The notes under the pieces are model-generated. The model worked only from the letters and a program-made list of their open reading frames with translations. It ran no database searches and had not been told where the DNA came from. Below are positions 27,306 to 35,720 of a DNA stretch of 37,949 bases, piece after piece. The stretch lies in the IMG/VR virus record IMGVR_UViG_3300040733_000124, positions 1-37,949 of that record, one strand, 5' to 3'. The first letter of the stretch is position 1; every line of letters begins with the position of its first letter. The translations under genes and the position numbers were made by a program. Source of the stretch: a virus. Its lineage: Duplodnaviria > Caudoviricetes.

Positions 27306-27680
27306 TTAATGAACATCCTCGCCGATTTCCTTATTGCCTTTGAATAATTTAGAGCCCGGGTATTTCTTCTTGACCTGGGCAAACTCTTCCATGATGGTCA
27401 GAGGCGGAATATCGGGATTTTGTTTTCTGATCTCGTTCACAATGCCCTCGATCACCTTAGGGGCATCAGCGGATTGATTTTTTATGTGGTCGGCAAAGTT
27501 AGAGGCCCATATACAGAGCAGCCTCCATTCATGGTTGGTGAGCGTTGCTGTTGATTTCTCACGGGGATCCGCGGGGACTCCTGTGGTTCCACAGGAAGGA
27601 CAGGCAGAGGCACCTTTTATTTCCCTTTCCGTGAAATATTTCCTGCAATGGGTACATAAAGCGACATATTCATCAGGCAT
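27306..27680 (-). CDS. Zn-ribbon protein
   Basis: CTHC...CPSCG. Confidence 0.7.
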   Translation of the reverse strand: MPDEYVALCTHCRKYFTEREIKGASACPSCGTTGVPADPREKSTATLTNHEWRLLCIWASNFADHIKNQSADAPKVIEGIVNEIRKQNPDIPPLTIMEEFAQVKKKYPGSKLFKGNKEIGEDVH

Positions 27681-27682
27681 GT

Positions 27683-28171
27683 CTATTTGACTCCTTTCTC
27701 CATTTTATCCAGGCACGCGCTGCAGAGATCTCCGCGGCCCTCCGGATCGTGTTCCGGAGGCACCCAAGAGCATCCCCCGGAACACGCGCGCATCGCCGTA
27801 CAACCGCATACGCGGCAGGCCCGCTGGAGCCGATCGATCTCCGCAGCTATCAGTGCCCCGGCCTTGACCAAGAGATCGATTCTTTCTTCCTGAGAATAAG
27901 TGCTTGGATCAGGAATAGAATCATAATCGCTATCTCCATATTCAAGCCTCTTATCCCATCCGAGATCCCATGTTTCGGGGAATGGATCTTCAAACGAATA
28001 TCCATTGCATGGAGTATTAGCGCTGAAATATATTCTCAGGGGAGCTGCAAAGCATATGGCGGCCATGGCCAGCTCGCCATTATAGTGAACGGCGTCATGA
28101 TTGGCGTCGAATCCCTTCTCTTCGATCTGCCGGCGCCGCTCTTCCGCAATTAATTCAATTCCTGTTTTCAT
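27683..28171 (-). CDS. Phage hypothetical protein with C-terminal Cys-rich domain
   Basis: IAEERRRQI..GFDANHD, LVKAGALIAAEIDRL, CRVCGCT..C..GCSWV..LCSAC. Confidence 0.75.
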   Translation of the reverse strand: MKTGIELIAEERRRQIEEKGFDANHDAVHYNGELAMAAICFAAPLRIYFSANTPCNGYSFEDPFPETWDLGWDKRLEYGDSDYDSIPDPSTYSQEERIDLLVKAGALIAAEIDRLQRACRVCGCTAMRACSGGCSWVPPEHDPEGRGDLCSACLDKMEKGVK

Positions 28172-30114
28172 TGTTGGGCCTCTTCGGACAGCAAAGCATC
28201 ATCACAGCGGCGGTCGCACTCTATAGAACATTCTCTGCAGCAACTGAGTTCAGCAATGCAGTCTCCAATCTTGCGCCTTGAGTAAACATATATGCAGACT
28301 CCATTTTCGTCGCGATCCAGATTGCATTTGTTAACGAAACTCTCAGAATCGCCGGCGCCGGCAGGTTGGGCTTCGCGCTTCATCACCTTGTCGACCAGGA
28401 TCTCGTCAGGAACCTTGCCGGCCAGGTCGACGCCGCTGTCGAGAAACACTTTGATCAACTCTTCCTTTTTGCAGGTATCGAAGCGTTTGCGTTTCTTGAG
28501 AAGGACTTCGTAGAGATACTTCAGAGCCTTCTCATCCTTGAAGACCCCGAGGACCTCGCCCAGATGGAGTAGTTCCTTTGTGGTCTTCTTTTCGAGGTAT
28601 TCCCGATGGAGCCGCCAATCCCTGGAGAGCAAAATCCCTATATGACAGGCAACATGGTACCGCATTTCCGCACCGAAATTCTGCCACAGCACCATAGCAA
28701 TGGCGGCCTGCCGGATCTCCTCGCCTATCTCATGAAGATCCATTTGGGATATTTTTTTCCAAATAGGTTTCATGCGCGGCCATTCAGATTTAATCTTGTA
28801 TCTGGACCGGAAATTCTCTTGAGCCTGGCCATTATTGTCAAGGATGCCGGCGAGAACGATTCTCAGCATGATCAGATCATCAAAAGGCATGGATGTCATT
28901 ATTTCGGGAATTTTCCCCTTTAAAAACTGCTCCCGGAAAAATTCACCGTGCCAGGCGACTCGGGGAGCTCCCGGATCCGGGGCCGCGGATCCGCTGCCTT
29001 TTGTCGATTTGTTTTTTTTGTCGGCCTTCCTGGATTCGGCGCGGACCTGCTCATGGCATTTCTTGTCGCCGACGCAAATCTGGCTCTCCCGCACCTTCCC
29101 TGTGATATCTATCCTCGTCACAAATTGATGGCATTCCTTGCATTTCTCCCCGGGCTTTCCTTGGTAGGAGCCGAATTCGTTGTATTTTCCCCATTCGCAG
29201 TCATCATCAAACCGGAATCCGTTTGTGCCGGCCTTACCGCGGTGCTTTTTCCAGTTCGCCATGAAATAATTGTTTTGTTTTTGCTTGAAGCATTTGGGGT
29301 TGAGGCAGTGGGACTTTTTGGCATCGAATGTCTCGCCGAAGAGCTTTTTCTGCTGGTCGGAATTCTGTCCGCAGGAGATGCACCCCTCTTTTTCGATATC
29401 GAACTTTGCGGCCGCGAGCTCGATTGACTTTTTATTGATCTCATCCCTGAGCCCCCCGGACGGATTCGATTTTTCTTCCGATACCTTTGGCCCAGTCGTC
29501 TTTCGTCGTAAGCCTCTTGTAATAGGAAATTATTTCCTTTTGATCAGAAAGCCGTGCCAGCTGCTCGCAATGGCCGTATTTCAACTTGCCGGCGTCCCAT
29601 GATTTCAGGACCTCCTCGGGAAGACCAAGAATATGAATGCGCCGCTTTATATAGGCGGCCTGTACCCCGATCTTCTCGGCCAGATGTGCAACCGAATCCG
29701 GACCCTTGCGGTCGACGTAAGATTTATAATTCCGTGCTTCCTCCAATTCCGTGCTTCCTCCAATTCCGTGAGGTCCTCCAATTCCGTGAGGTCCTCGCGT
29801 TGCAGGTTTTCAACGGTCATGATTTCAAAAGCCTGGTCGTCGTTCAAATCCAGGACCTTGGCCGGGATCGTCTTGCCATTTAGTCCGCCGTTTGCCTCGG
29901 CGATCGCGCAGGAAGCACGGAAGCGCCGCTCGCCGGCGATTATCTCATATTTGCCTTTACCCTTCTCCCTGACGAGGATCGGCTCGAGAACTCCGTGAGC
30001 CATAATCGAGTTTTTGAGGTCCTCGAACTTGGGTCCCTCAAAACTCTGCCTGGGGTTCCAGGGATTCGCCTTGAGCTTTTTAAGCTCGATCTCCTGATAA
30101 ATGCTTTCGGTCAT
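28168..30114 (-). pseudogene. ParB/Spo0J-like gene split by two frameshifts
   Basis: NPRQ, GVLEPILVR, IIAGERR, ENLQREDL in 29647-30114; HTH continues in 29441-29746; third part open from ~29450 into 28168-29262. Confidence 0.8.
29728..29796. repeat. Tandem repeat, 2x17 bp + 2x18 bp sharing AATTCCGTG
   Basis: aattccgtgcttcctcc x2, aattccgtgaggtcctc(c) x2. Confidence 0.95.
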
Positions 30115-30269
30115 GTTTTCTTCTCCTCTTCCGGTTGGATTGATTTCAGTCTTTCGATTTCTTCGTTCGCCTCAGTCCACATGAAAAAAAGGATAATATT
30201 GATGGACCGGGAATTTCTGATCTCTCTTTCGAGTCGGTCGAGCTCGTGGTAGAGGGGATTGGTGTTCAT
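30111..30269 (-). CDS. 52-aa hypothetical protein (not in ORF track)
   Basis: MNTNPLYHELDRLERE...; ATGA overlaps at both ends. Confidence 0.65.
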   Translation of the reverse strand: MNTNPLYHELDRLEREIRNSRSINIILFFMWTEANEEIERLKSIQPEEEKKT

Positions 30270-30739
30270 TCAGGCCACTTCAATACCGGTAAGACCACGG
30301 AAATTCCCAACTGGCTTACAGTGGAGAAAATGCCGTAAATCTCCCATACAGCCTTGTTGTGTTCGTGCAGCTTCGCGGTGAGCGTATTGATTATGTTGTC
30401 TTGGGGGGGGGCGGCAATGGGCTGAGCATTTGCCCGACGGGTGTATTTTCTCTTCGGCTTCGTTTCTTTTTTCATATCCTTTATCTCCTCCTTTTTGTGC
30501 GTGATATTTTCAGCCGGCTCCGGCTCTGCATTTTCGATTTCCTCTTTTTCAAAAAGCGGTTTGGCCGCTGCCGGATTCTGAATCAGTTTTGGTTCCGGTA
30601 ACTCCGTCTCGAGACGCTGCTCGCCAGGCTCAAAGCAGAGGGCCGGGTTATATGTCATCGGGCAATTTTCCTCTGAGCAAAGGACAGCGTCGTCTGCCAT
30701 CCAGCAGGTCTGGCCGTTATTTTCAGTTTCAGTGCCCAT
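30266..30739 (-). CDS. Hypothetical protein
   Basis: AGGAG RBS; basic KPKRKYTRR patch; contains C9 tract. Confidence 0.65.
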   Translation of the reverse strand: MGTETENNGQTCWMADDAVLCSEENCPMTYNPALCFEPGEQRLETELPEPKLIQNPAAAKPLFEKEEIENAEPEPAENITHKKEEIKDMKKETKPKRKYTRRANAQPIAAPPQDNIINTLTAKLHEHNKAVWEIYGIFSTVSQLGISVVLPVLKWPE

Positions 30740-31328
30740 ACTCCTGTGCCGCCTTATTGAAGGCCTTCTGAATACGATCGAAATCCTCTGTTCTTCCTCC
30801 GACGTCCGGATGATGAATCTTGACCAGGTCCCTGTACCTGCTCCTTATCTGTTCAAAGCTCACTCCCTGGGGAACATCGAGGACCTGGCGCCAGTCGACG
30901 TCATTAGGATCCGGAAGCGCTGCAAACCCGCGGAAGGCCCGCTCGAGTAGCTCACTGGCGCCAGCGCGCTCTATTGCCCGAATCGCTTCGATTGTCAGCC
31001 TGATCGCCCAGATATTGTCTTCGACAGAGTCCCAGGATTCGCAGGCGAAACACATGGGCTTGTCCTTATATTTGAAGTATACGGCGACGCCTTTGTCCTC
31101 TGGTTGCCTCTGTTTGGATCGCGGCAGCCCATCCGTTCTCAGCTGCAGATTTGACGAGATTATGAGATCTCGGCCGCCCAAAAGTTTGATTTCATTTGTG
31201 AGCGCTTCCCGGGCCTTGTCGATGGATCTGTCGCCATATCGGGATTTCTTGCCCTTCATCGATTTTCGTGGCCAGCCGTGCGGCCAGGAAAGGGGATATG
31301 AGCGTATTGAAGTATTGTCCTGATCCAT
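30729..31328 (-). CDS. Phage DnaJ-domain protein
   Basis: YPLSWPHGWPR, DKGVAVYF, C-terminal HHPDVGG J-domain. Confidence 0.88.
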   Translation of the reverse strand: MDQDNTSIRSYPLSWPHGWPRKSMKGKKSRYGDRSIDKAREALTNEIKLLGGRDLIISSNLQLRTDGLPRSKQRQPEDKGVAVYFKYKDKPMCFACESWDSVEDNIWAIRLTIEAIRAIERAGASELLERAFRGFAALPDPNDVDWRQVLDVPQGVSFEQIRSRYRDLVKIHHPDVGGRTEDFDRIQKAFNKAAQEYGH

Positions 31329-31505
31329 TCAGATCTCCAGCCTCTCCATGATTTCCCGGGATTCCTTATCGAGCAGGCCCTGGTCCATCCATTGTTTCGC
31401 GATCTCGTAATTCTCAATAGGGAAAGGTCTGCATGAAGGCAGGATGACGAAGATCGTGTGATTGATTGAATCCGCCTGCTTGATAACGACGCTGGTCATA
31501 TCCAT
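31329..31505 (-). CDS. Small hypothetical protein
   Basis: AAGGAG RBS before MDMTSVV; fills operon gap. Confidence 0.5.
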   Translation of the reverse strand: MDMTSVVIKQADSINHTIFVILPSCRPFPIENYEIAKQWMDQGLLDKESREIMERLEI

Positions 31506-31507
31506 AT

Positions 31508-31681
31508 TCACTCCTTGATCAATAAACCGTTTTCTTTCTTGAGCTGGCCCTTTTCGATCTGCCGGAGCCGGCGAGTGCACTCCTGGGCACCCTGGTCAGG
31601 CTTAGGTTCCTTCAACCATTTGTTGGCATAGATCGGGGACAGTAATAGGAGAATCGCGACTATGAGTATTATCCATTTCAT
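31508..31681 (-). CDS. Small membrane/secreted protein
   Basis: MKWIILIVAILLLLSPIYA signal-like segment; ATGA coupling. Confidence 0.55.
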   Translation of the reverse strand: MKWIILIVAILLLLSPIYANKWLKEPKPDQGAQECTRRLRQIEKGQLKKENGLLIKE

Positions 31682-32058
31682 AGCGAACCTTTCTCCCATA
31701 ACGGGATCAGAAATCCGTACGTTAAGCTTGCTTCGGGAGGGAATCCGGCCTTGGATGGATGGGGATCATGAACGACATCGCCCTTGAATCCGACAACTGC
31801 ATGATGCAGACCTCTCTCGGCCACTCCGCACATCAGGTGATAACCCATGAATTTTTTCATGAGGTTAATGGCCTCCTCATCAAACCTGACTTCGATATAA
31901 AATAGCCCTCGCGTTACAAGCCATTCATTGACGCGCTTGAACCAGTCAGACTCTTTGAAAACAGGAATAACCTCGAGAGGTATCTCCAGGATGGATGCAA
32001 GACAGGCTTCAAAACAGTCGCCTTTCTCGCCGAATACTGTTTGGTCGATGGGTTTCAA
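31678..32058 (-). CDS. Papain-fold (C39-like) Cys-His-Asp protein
   Basis: QT...GDCFEACLASIL, HHAVV, VHDPHP. Confidence 0.55.
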   Translation of the reverse strand: MKPIDQTVFGEKGDCFEACLASILEIPLEVIPVFKESDWFKRVNEWLVTRGLFYIEVRFDEEAINLMKKFMGYHLMCGVAERGLHHAVVGFKGDVVHDPHPSKAGFPPEASLTYGFLIPLWEKGSL

Positions 32059-32285
32059 CTAACCATTTCCTTTTGAGGATCCATGCAGAAGAAACACTCT
32101 GCTTTCAGCTCTTCTGTCTTCTCTTCGAAATTAAACTCCGATCTCGGGCGCGCATTGAATTCCGCCACTTTGCGGGATGCCGCACATATCGGGCACTCTC
32201 CTCCGTAGATTTTTATGGGAGCATGGCCAGAGCGGCACCATGAAAATAGAATTTCTACTTGTTTGCCATCAGGTTTCTTACTCAC
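32055..32285 (-). CDS. Small Cys-rich hypothetical protein
   Basis: CRSGH, CPIC, CFFC; GGAG RBS. Confidence 0.55.
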   Translation of the reverse strand: MSKKPDGKQVEILFSWCRSGHAPIKIYGGECPICAASRKVAEFNARPRSEFNFEEKTEELKAECFFCMDPQKEMVS

Positions 32286-32309
32286 TTCAACTCCATTTAT
32301 TTCGAATTT

Positions 32310-33278
32310 TCACTTGAGCCAGGGCAGATCATCGTGAGTACGGCCGTCCAGGACCCGGCCGGCTTTTTTCTTGCTGGTCGGATGCATGACATAACAATCA
32401 TGCGGGGGCTGCCCGTCAATGATCCGATAGTTACGATCGCACACCTGCCATTGATAACCGTTTTCCCTTAGTAATATATGCGGCTGGTCCAGACATGAAT
32501 CTTTGAGGTAATCATCCTCGCAGTAAAACCAGCAGCCTGGTTTGTATTGCCCCCATTGCTTAAAATAAAAGGGCACGCTGGCAGTTGCACATTGATCTCT
32601 GATCGAACGGACCCAGGCGGGATGAAGCGGGCGGGCTCCGGGGCCTGACTCGCCGCCGAGGATCACGGCGTCGATTCGTGGGGCATTTACTCTATAACCC
32701 CCCGAAAAATCATATCCAAGAATCCACGAGGGCTTCAATTTAATCGCCCCCAGCATCGGCTCGATTGACAAGCCTTTATTCCCGGGGATCTGGAGTATCT
32801 TTGGAATGTTTCTATCTGCCTCATCCTGATTACAGATGGTGAGGATATGCCAGATGTGATCCCGGCCTTTATAAGATTGCAGAAATGATTTCTGAAAATA
32901 GGAAAGCAGCCGATCGGCCCTTTTTGTTAGGTTCAGATAAATGTGTCGATCGCAACCATGCATTACCGAATATGCGTCGGCGATGAATGCATCTGGAACA
33001 CCCTCATGGAATAGATCGTTGAGAATAAAAAATACGGTAGGCTGTTTTGTCTTGAGCGGCAGCTCGAGGAGACCCTCGCGGATCCTAACCTGGCCGTTGA
33101 ATTTCAGGTCTGAATTTACGAGGCCCCTTTTCTTCTCTACATTCTTAATCCTCGGATTTGCAGAAAGCCGGTTGGTCCGCCTGGCACTCCAGCAATGGAT
33201 ACATCCTGGCGAGCAGGGAGTGCATCCTTCGGTGAGTTGCCAGAATTTATCCCAATAGATATCGCTCCCAGGTTGCAT
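32310..33278 (-). CDS. DUF5131 (Gp37Gp68) radical-SAM-like protein
   Basis: GCTPCSPGCIHCW, DLFHE, LTKR, SIEPMLG, GGESGPGARP, FYFKQWG, GRVLDGR. Confidence 0.92.
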   Translation of the reverse strand: MQPGSDIYWDKFWQLTEGCTPCSPGCIHCWSARRTNRLSANPRIKNVEKKRGLVNSDLKFNGQVRIREGLLELPLKTKQPTVFFILNDLFHEGVPDAFIADAYSVMHGCDRHIYLNLTKRADRLLSYFQKSFLQSYKGRDHIWHILTICNQDEADRNIPKILQIPGNKGLSIEPMLGAIKLKPSWILGYDFSGGYRVNAPRIDAVILGGESGPGARPLHPAWVRSIRDQCATASVPFYFKQWGQYKPGCWFYCEDDYLKDSCLDQPHILLRENGYQWQVCDRNYRIIDGQPPHDCYVMHPTSKKKAGRVLDGRTHDDLPWLK

Positions 33279-33320
33279 AACGACCCTCCGAAATGAGAAA
33301 AGGAATCAGATTTTTGAAAT

Positions 33321-33590
33321 TCAGGATTCATAATATTTTCTGCCTATCGACTCCGCTGCGGCCATGAGCTCTTTGCTTGATGCTTCTATCGCTTTATTTT
33401 CGAGCGCCTTTTGCCTGAAAAATGATGTGATCTCAAAACGCGGCAGCTGGCCCTCCAGGTTTAACCATTCCCGCCTAAGACCGATTTTGATTGCAAAAAT
33501 TACAAGCTCTGCGACGCTTAAGTCGCTGGTCATGAAGTACCAGGACCTGCCTTTCTTAAAATCAGGTGAACAGTCGACCAATATAGCCAT
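33321..33590 (-). CDS. DUF4031-like protein
   Basis: MAILVD, MTSD..EL..FA..IGLRREW, RQKAL; AGGAGGT RBS. Confidence 0.7.
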   Translation of the reverse strand: MAILVDCSPDFKKGRSWYFMTSDLSVAELVIFAIKIGLRREWLNLEGQLPRFEITSFFRQKALENKAIEASSKELMAAAESIGRKYYES

Positions 33591-33611
33591 GATGATCACC
33601 TCCTGAAAAAA

Positions 33612-33700
33612 GCCGGGAGTTTGACTGGACAGACAAGAACCCCAAATCTTATCCACGGCAGTTTGCTATAGCGGGTATGTATCCAGCACCTTCTCCCGGC
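33612..33700 (-). ncRNA. Candidate structured RNA downstream of tRNA
   Basis: GCCGGGAG/CTCCCGGC closing stem, inner CTGGATA/TGTCCAG stem, followed by T6. Confidence 0.45.
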
Positions 33701-33705
33701 CATTT

Positions 33706-33782
33706 TGGTAGCGGGGGAGGGATTCGAACCCTCGACCTTCAGGTTATGAGCCTGACGAGCTGCCTGGCTGCTCTACCCCACA
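33706..33782 (-). tRNA. tRNA-Met(CAT), initiator (fMet) type
   Basis: TGTGGGGTAGAGCAGCCAGGCAGCTCGTCAGGCTCATAACCTGAAGGTCGAGGGTTCGAATCCCTCCCCCGCTACCA; 1:72 mismatch, A11:U24, encoded CCA. Confidence 0.95.
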
Positions 33783-33786
33783 ACGC

Positions 33787-33909
33787 GAATGCGGGAAGGC
33801 AAAGTGGGGTGCCTTTCATTACCTTTCTGTTTCTCCCACCGCCTCCGGATGGCATTAAGGTAAAGGGCCTACTATGGAGGGTCGACCTTTCCCACCTTCC
33901 CGCATATTC
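33787..33909 (-). ncRNA. Candidate structured RNA upstream of tRNA
   Basis: 11-bp perfect closing stem ATGCGGGAAGG/CCTTCCCGCAT; inner GTGGG/CCCAC and TTACCTT/AAGGTAA. Confidence 0.5.
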
Positions 33910-33929
33910 ATCTGAAAGAGCCTGATCTG

Positions 33930-33959
33930 TGGTCCCGGGGCCTTCCTACCCCGGGACCA
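33930..33959. other. 11-bp GC-rich hairpin
   Basis: TGGTCCCGGGG-8nt-CCCCGGGACCA. Confidence 0.7.
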
Positions 33960-33992
33960 TTGGCGATCGCTCGCCGGCGCTCTCTAAAAATC

Positions 33993-34184
33993 TTAGATAT
34001 TCAACCGAGCAATCAGGAAGCTCGTTCCGAAATAAAAGAAAGAGAAATCCACCAGGCAAATACAGAAAATATCCAGAGCTCCCTCGCTGCTCAAAAGTAT
34101 CTCTTCCCAGGTAGAGTTCTCGACGAAATCCCGGAAATTCCGATATTGCCTGTATTCCGCGATGAGCTTCCGAACCATCTTCAA
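33993..34184 (-). CDS. Small hypothetical membrane protein
   Basis: GGAGG RBS, overlap coupling, hydrophobic C-terminus. Confidence 0.45.
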   Translation of the reverse strand: MKMVRKLIAEYRQYRNFRDFVENSTWEEILLSSEGALDIFCICLVDFSFFYFGTSFLIARLNI

Positions 34185-34492
34185 CCTCCGCTTCTGGGAA
34201 TTATTCCGCCCCGATCGATGTACTTTTTAAGTGTCTGCTTTTTCCCCTTGGCCAGATCCCGGCAGGCCCGCTTGAATTCCGCCCTGTCGTGAGGGGAAAA
34301 GGGGATGACATTCGCCGGCGAGGTATCTCTGATATTGAATGTGCTGATGATCCGATCGAGTTTTTCCTCGATTCGGTTGAGCTGCGCGCGTTCGGATTCT
34401 GACAAAATACCGGCAGAGGGAAAGGAGGGAATCAAACCCTCTTCCGGTCCATTACCGGAATTAATGCGGTCATGGGGGAGTCCCGATTTCAT
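34181..34492 (-). CDS. Hypothetical protein
   Basis: ATGA coupled to CII-like gene; QLNRIEEKLD coiled coil. Confidence 0.6.
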   Translation of the reverse strand: MKSGLPHDRINSGNGPEEGLIPSFPSAGILSESERAQLNRIEEKLDRIISTFNIRDTSPANVIPFSPHDRAEFKRACRDLAKGKKQTLKKYIDRGGIIPRSGG

Positions 34493-34959
34493 TTGCGAGA
34501 GATCCCCTCCTTGGCTTTCTGTATAAATGAGGCCACCTGGCGGATTAAGTGCCAGGCTTCTTTTTCAATCTTTGCGTATTCCCGGGCCGTGATCTTACCG
34601 TCGGCCAGGGCCAGGGAGGCTTCCTGGGAAAGGTGTCCAAACTCGGTTATCGTCTTGAGAAGCTCATTCGAAACTTCAGCGAGTTCGACCGAGCCCTTTG
34701 ACATGAAGATCCCGATTATGTCGAACTTCTCATTGAGGTATTGAATGGGTGCGCAGGCATCCTCGCGGGGATTTCCCATTTCAAGGCTTTTCTGAATTAC
34801 TCCCTCGATACGGTCCAAGGGATTGTATGCTCCGGAGTCGGTATAATCTGTCGACGGTTCCTGCCATTTGTTGATCAATGAAGTTGAAAGGCCCAGCCGT
34901 TTGGCAAATTCAACAGTTTTACCGTTTATAGCCTTTTGAATCGCCTCAAATGATTGCAT
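34489..34959 (-). CDS. Phage regulatory protein, CII (CP76)-like
   Basis: N-terminal HTH (FAKRLGLSTSLINKW), NPLDR, C-terminal ALADGKITAREY..I.KE; GGAGG RBS. Confidence 0.75.
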   Translation of the reverse strand: MQSFEAIQKAINGKTVEFAKRLGLSTSLINKWQEPSTDYTDSGAYNPLDRIEGVIQKSLEMGNPREDACAPIQYLNEKFDIIGIFMSKGSVELAEVSNELLKTITEFGHLSQEASLALADGKITAREYAKIEKEAWHLIRQVASFIQKAKEGISRK

Positions 34960-35159
34960 TGATCCTCCCAAAGAGGCCGCCGTGCTTTGCCCCGGGGGCG
35001 GCCATCCCGGGGGAGGTATGAGAAGGCTCAGGCAGAAACAATCGTTACAAAGCAACCGCAAATCCGTAATTGAAAAAGCATACTTATACCCGCTATATGA
35101 GGCCAAAATTTAGAGTTGTGATAAGGCCCTTACCCGTGATAGATGGACTAAAATTAATT

Positions 35160-35390
35160 TTATTCATTGACGGCTTTAGGCTCCTCTTGATCTGGCCAGA
35201 GCTCGCTGATTGGAATGCCGAGCTCACGAGATATGGCTTCCTGTATCCTCTGGGATTTCTCGAAACCAGCAGCCACAACAGCGACTGTGATCCGGGAGAC
35301 CCCGAGCTTCTCAGCAAAATGGTCATAAGTTATGCCCTTGAGCACCATGTGGGCGTAAACTTTATTGTTTTTGTATTCTTTACGGCTCAT
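35160..35390 (-). CDS. Cro/Ner-like HTH protein
   Basis: GITYDHFAEKLGVSRITV...SQRIQEAISRELG..ELWP. Confidence 0.85.
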   Translation of the reverse strand: MSRKEYKNNKVYAHMVLKGITYDHFAEKLGVSRITVAVVAAGFEKSQRIQEAISRELGIPISELWPDQEEPKAVNE

Positions 35391-35683
35391 GTTGATACCC
35401 TGGAGGTTTCATGGTCGACATTTTTTCGGATGAAAAACTCGAGATCACGTGCCCTGAGTGCCACCGCAAGTTTAAGGAGACGATCGGAAGGCTTAAGAAG
35501 GCAAAGAGCGTCACTTGTCCTGGTTGCGGGAAAGTTTTCGGATTGGAAAATACCTCCCTCAGAAAGGAAGTCGAAAAAGTAGACCGCCGACTCCGGGAAC
35601 TGAACAACCAGATCGCAAAGCTCGGAAAATAAAGAGATTAACTCCTGAGACATTTCTATTTTGAGCTTGATCATGACGGGCAC
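35387..35683 (-). CDS. Possible antisense-overlapping leader ORF
   Basis: AAGGAG RBS before GTG; stop overlaps cro start (ATGA). Confidence 0.35.
   Translation of the reverse strand: MPVMIKLKIEMSQELISLFSELCDLVVQFPESAVYFFDFLSEGGIFQSENFPATRTSDALCLLKPSDRLLKLAVALRARDLEFFIRKNVDHETSRVST
35411..35632 (+). CDS. Small Zn-ribbon protein
   Basis: GGAGG RBS 35402-35406; ITCPEC...VTCPGCG and C-terminal coiled coil. Confidence 0.75.
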   Translation: MVDIFSDEKLEITCPECHRKFKETIGRLKKAKSVTCPGCGKVFGLENTSLRKEVEKVDRRLRELNNQIAKLGK

Positions 35684-35720
35684 TTGCTGTCTCCTTGGTG
35701 TTTGCTAAAATGTAATTTAG

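Noticed and set aside
29728-29796. Mini-CRISPR array
   Set aside because: Units are contiguous with no unique spacers and derive from ParB coding sequence
33706-33782. tRNA as attachment site
   Set aside because: Complete gene inside the early operon, 3 kb from int, with no duplicated 3' end seen
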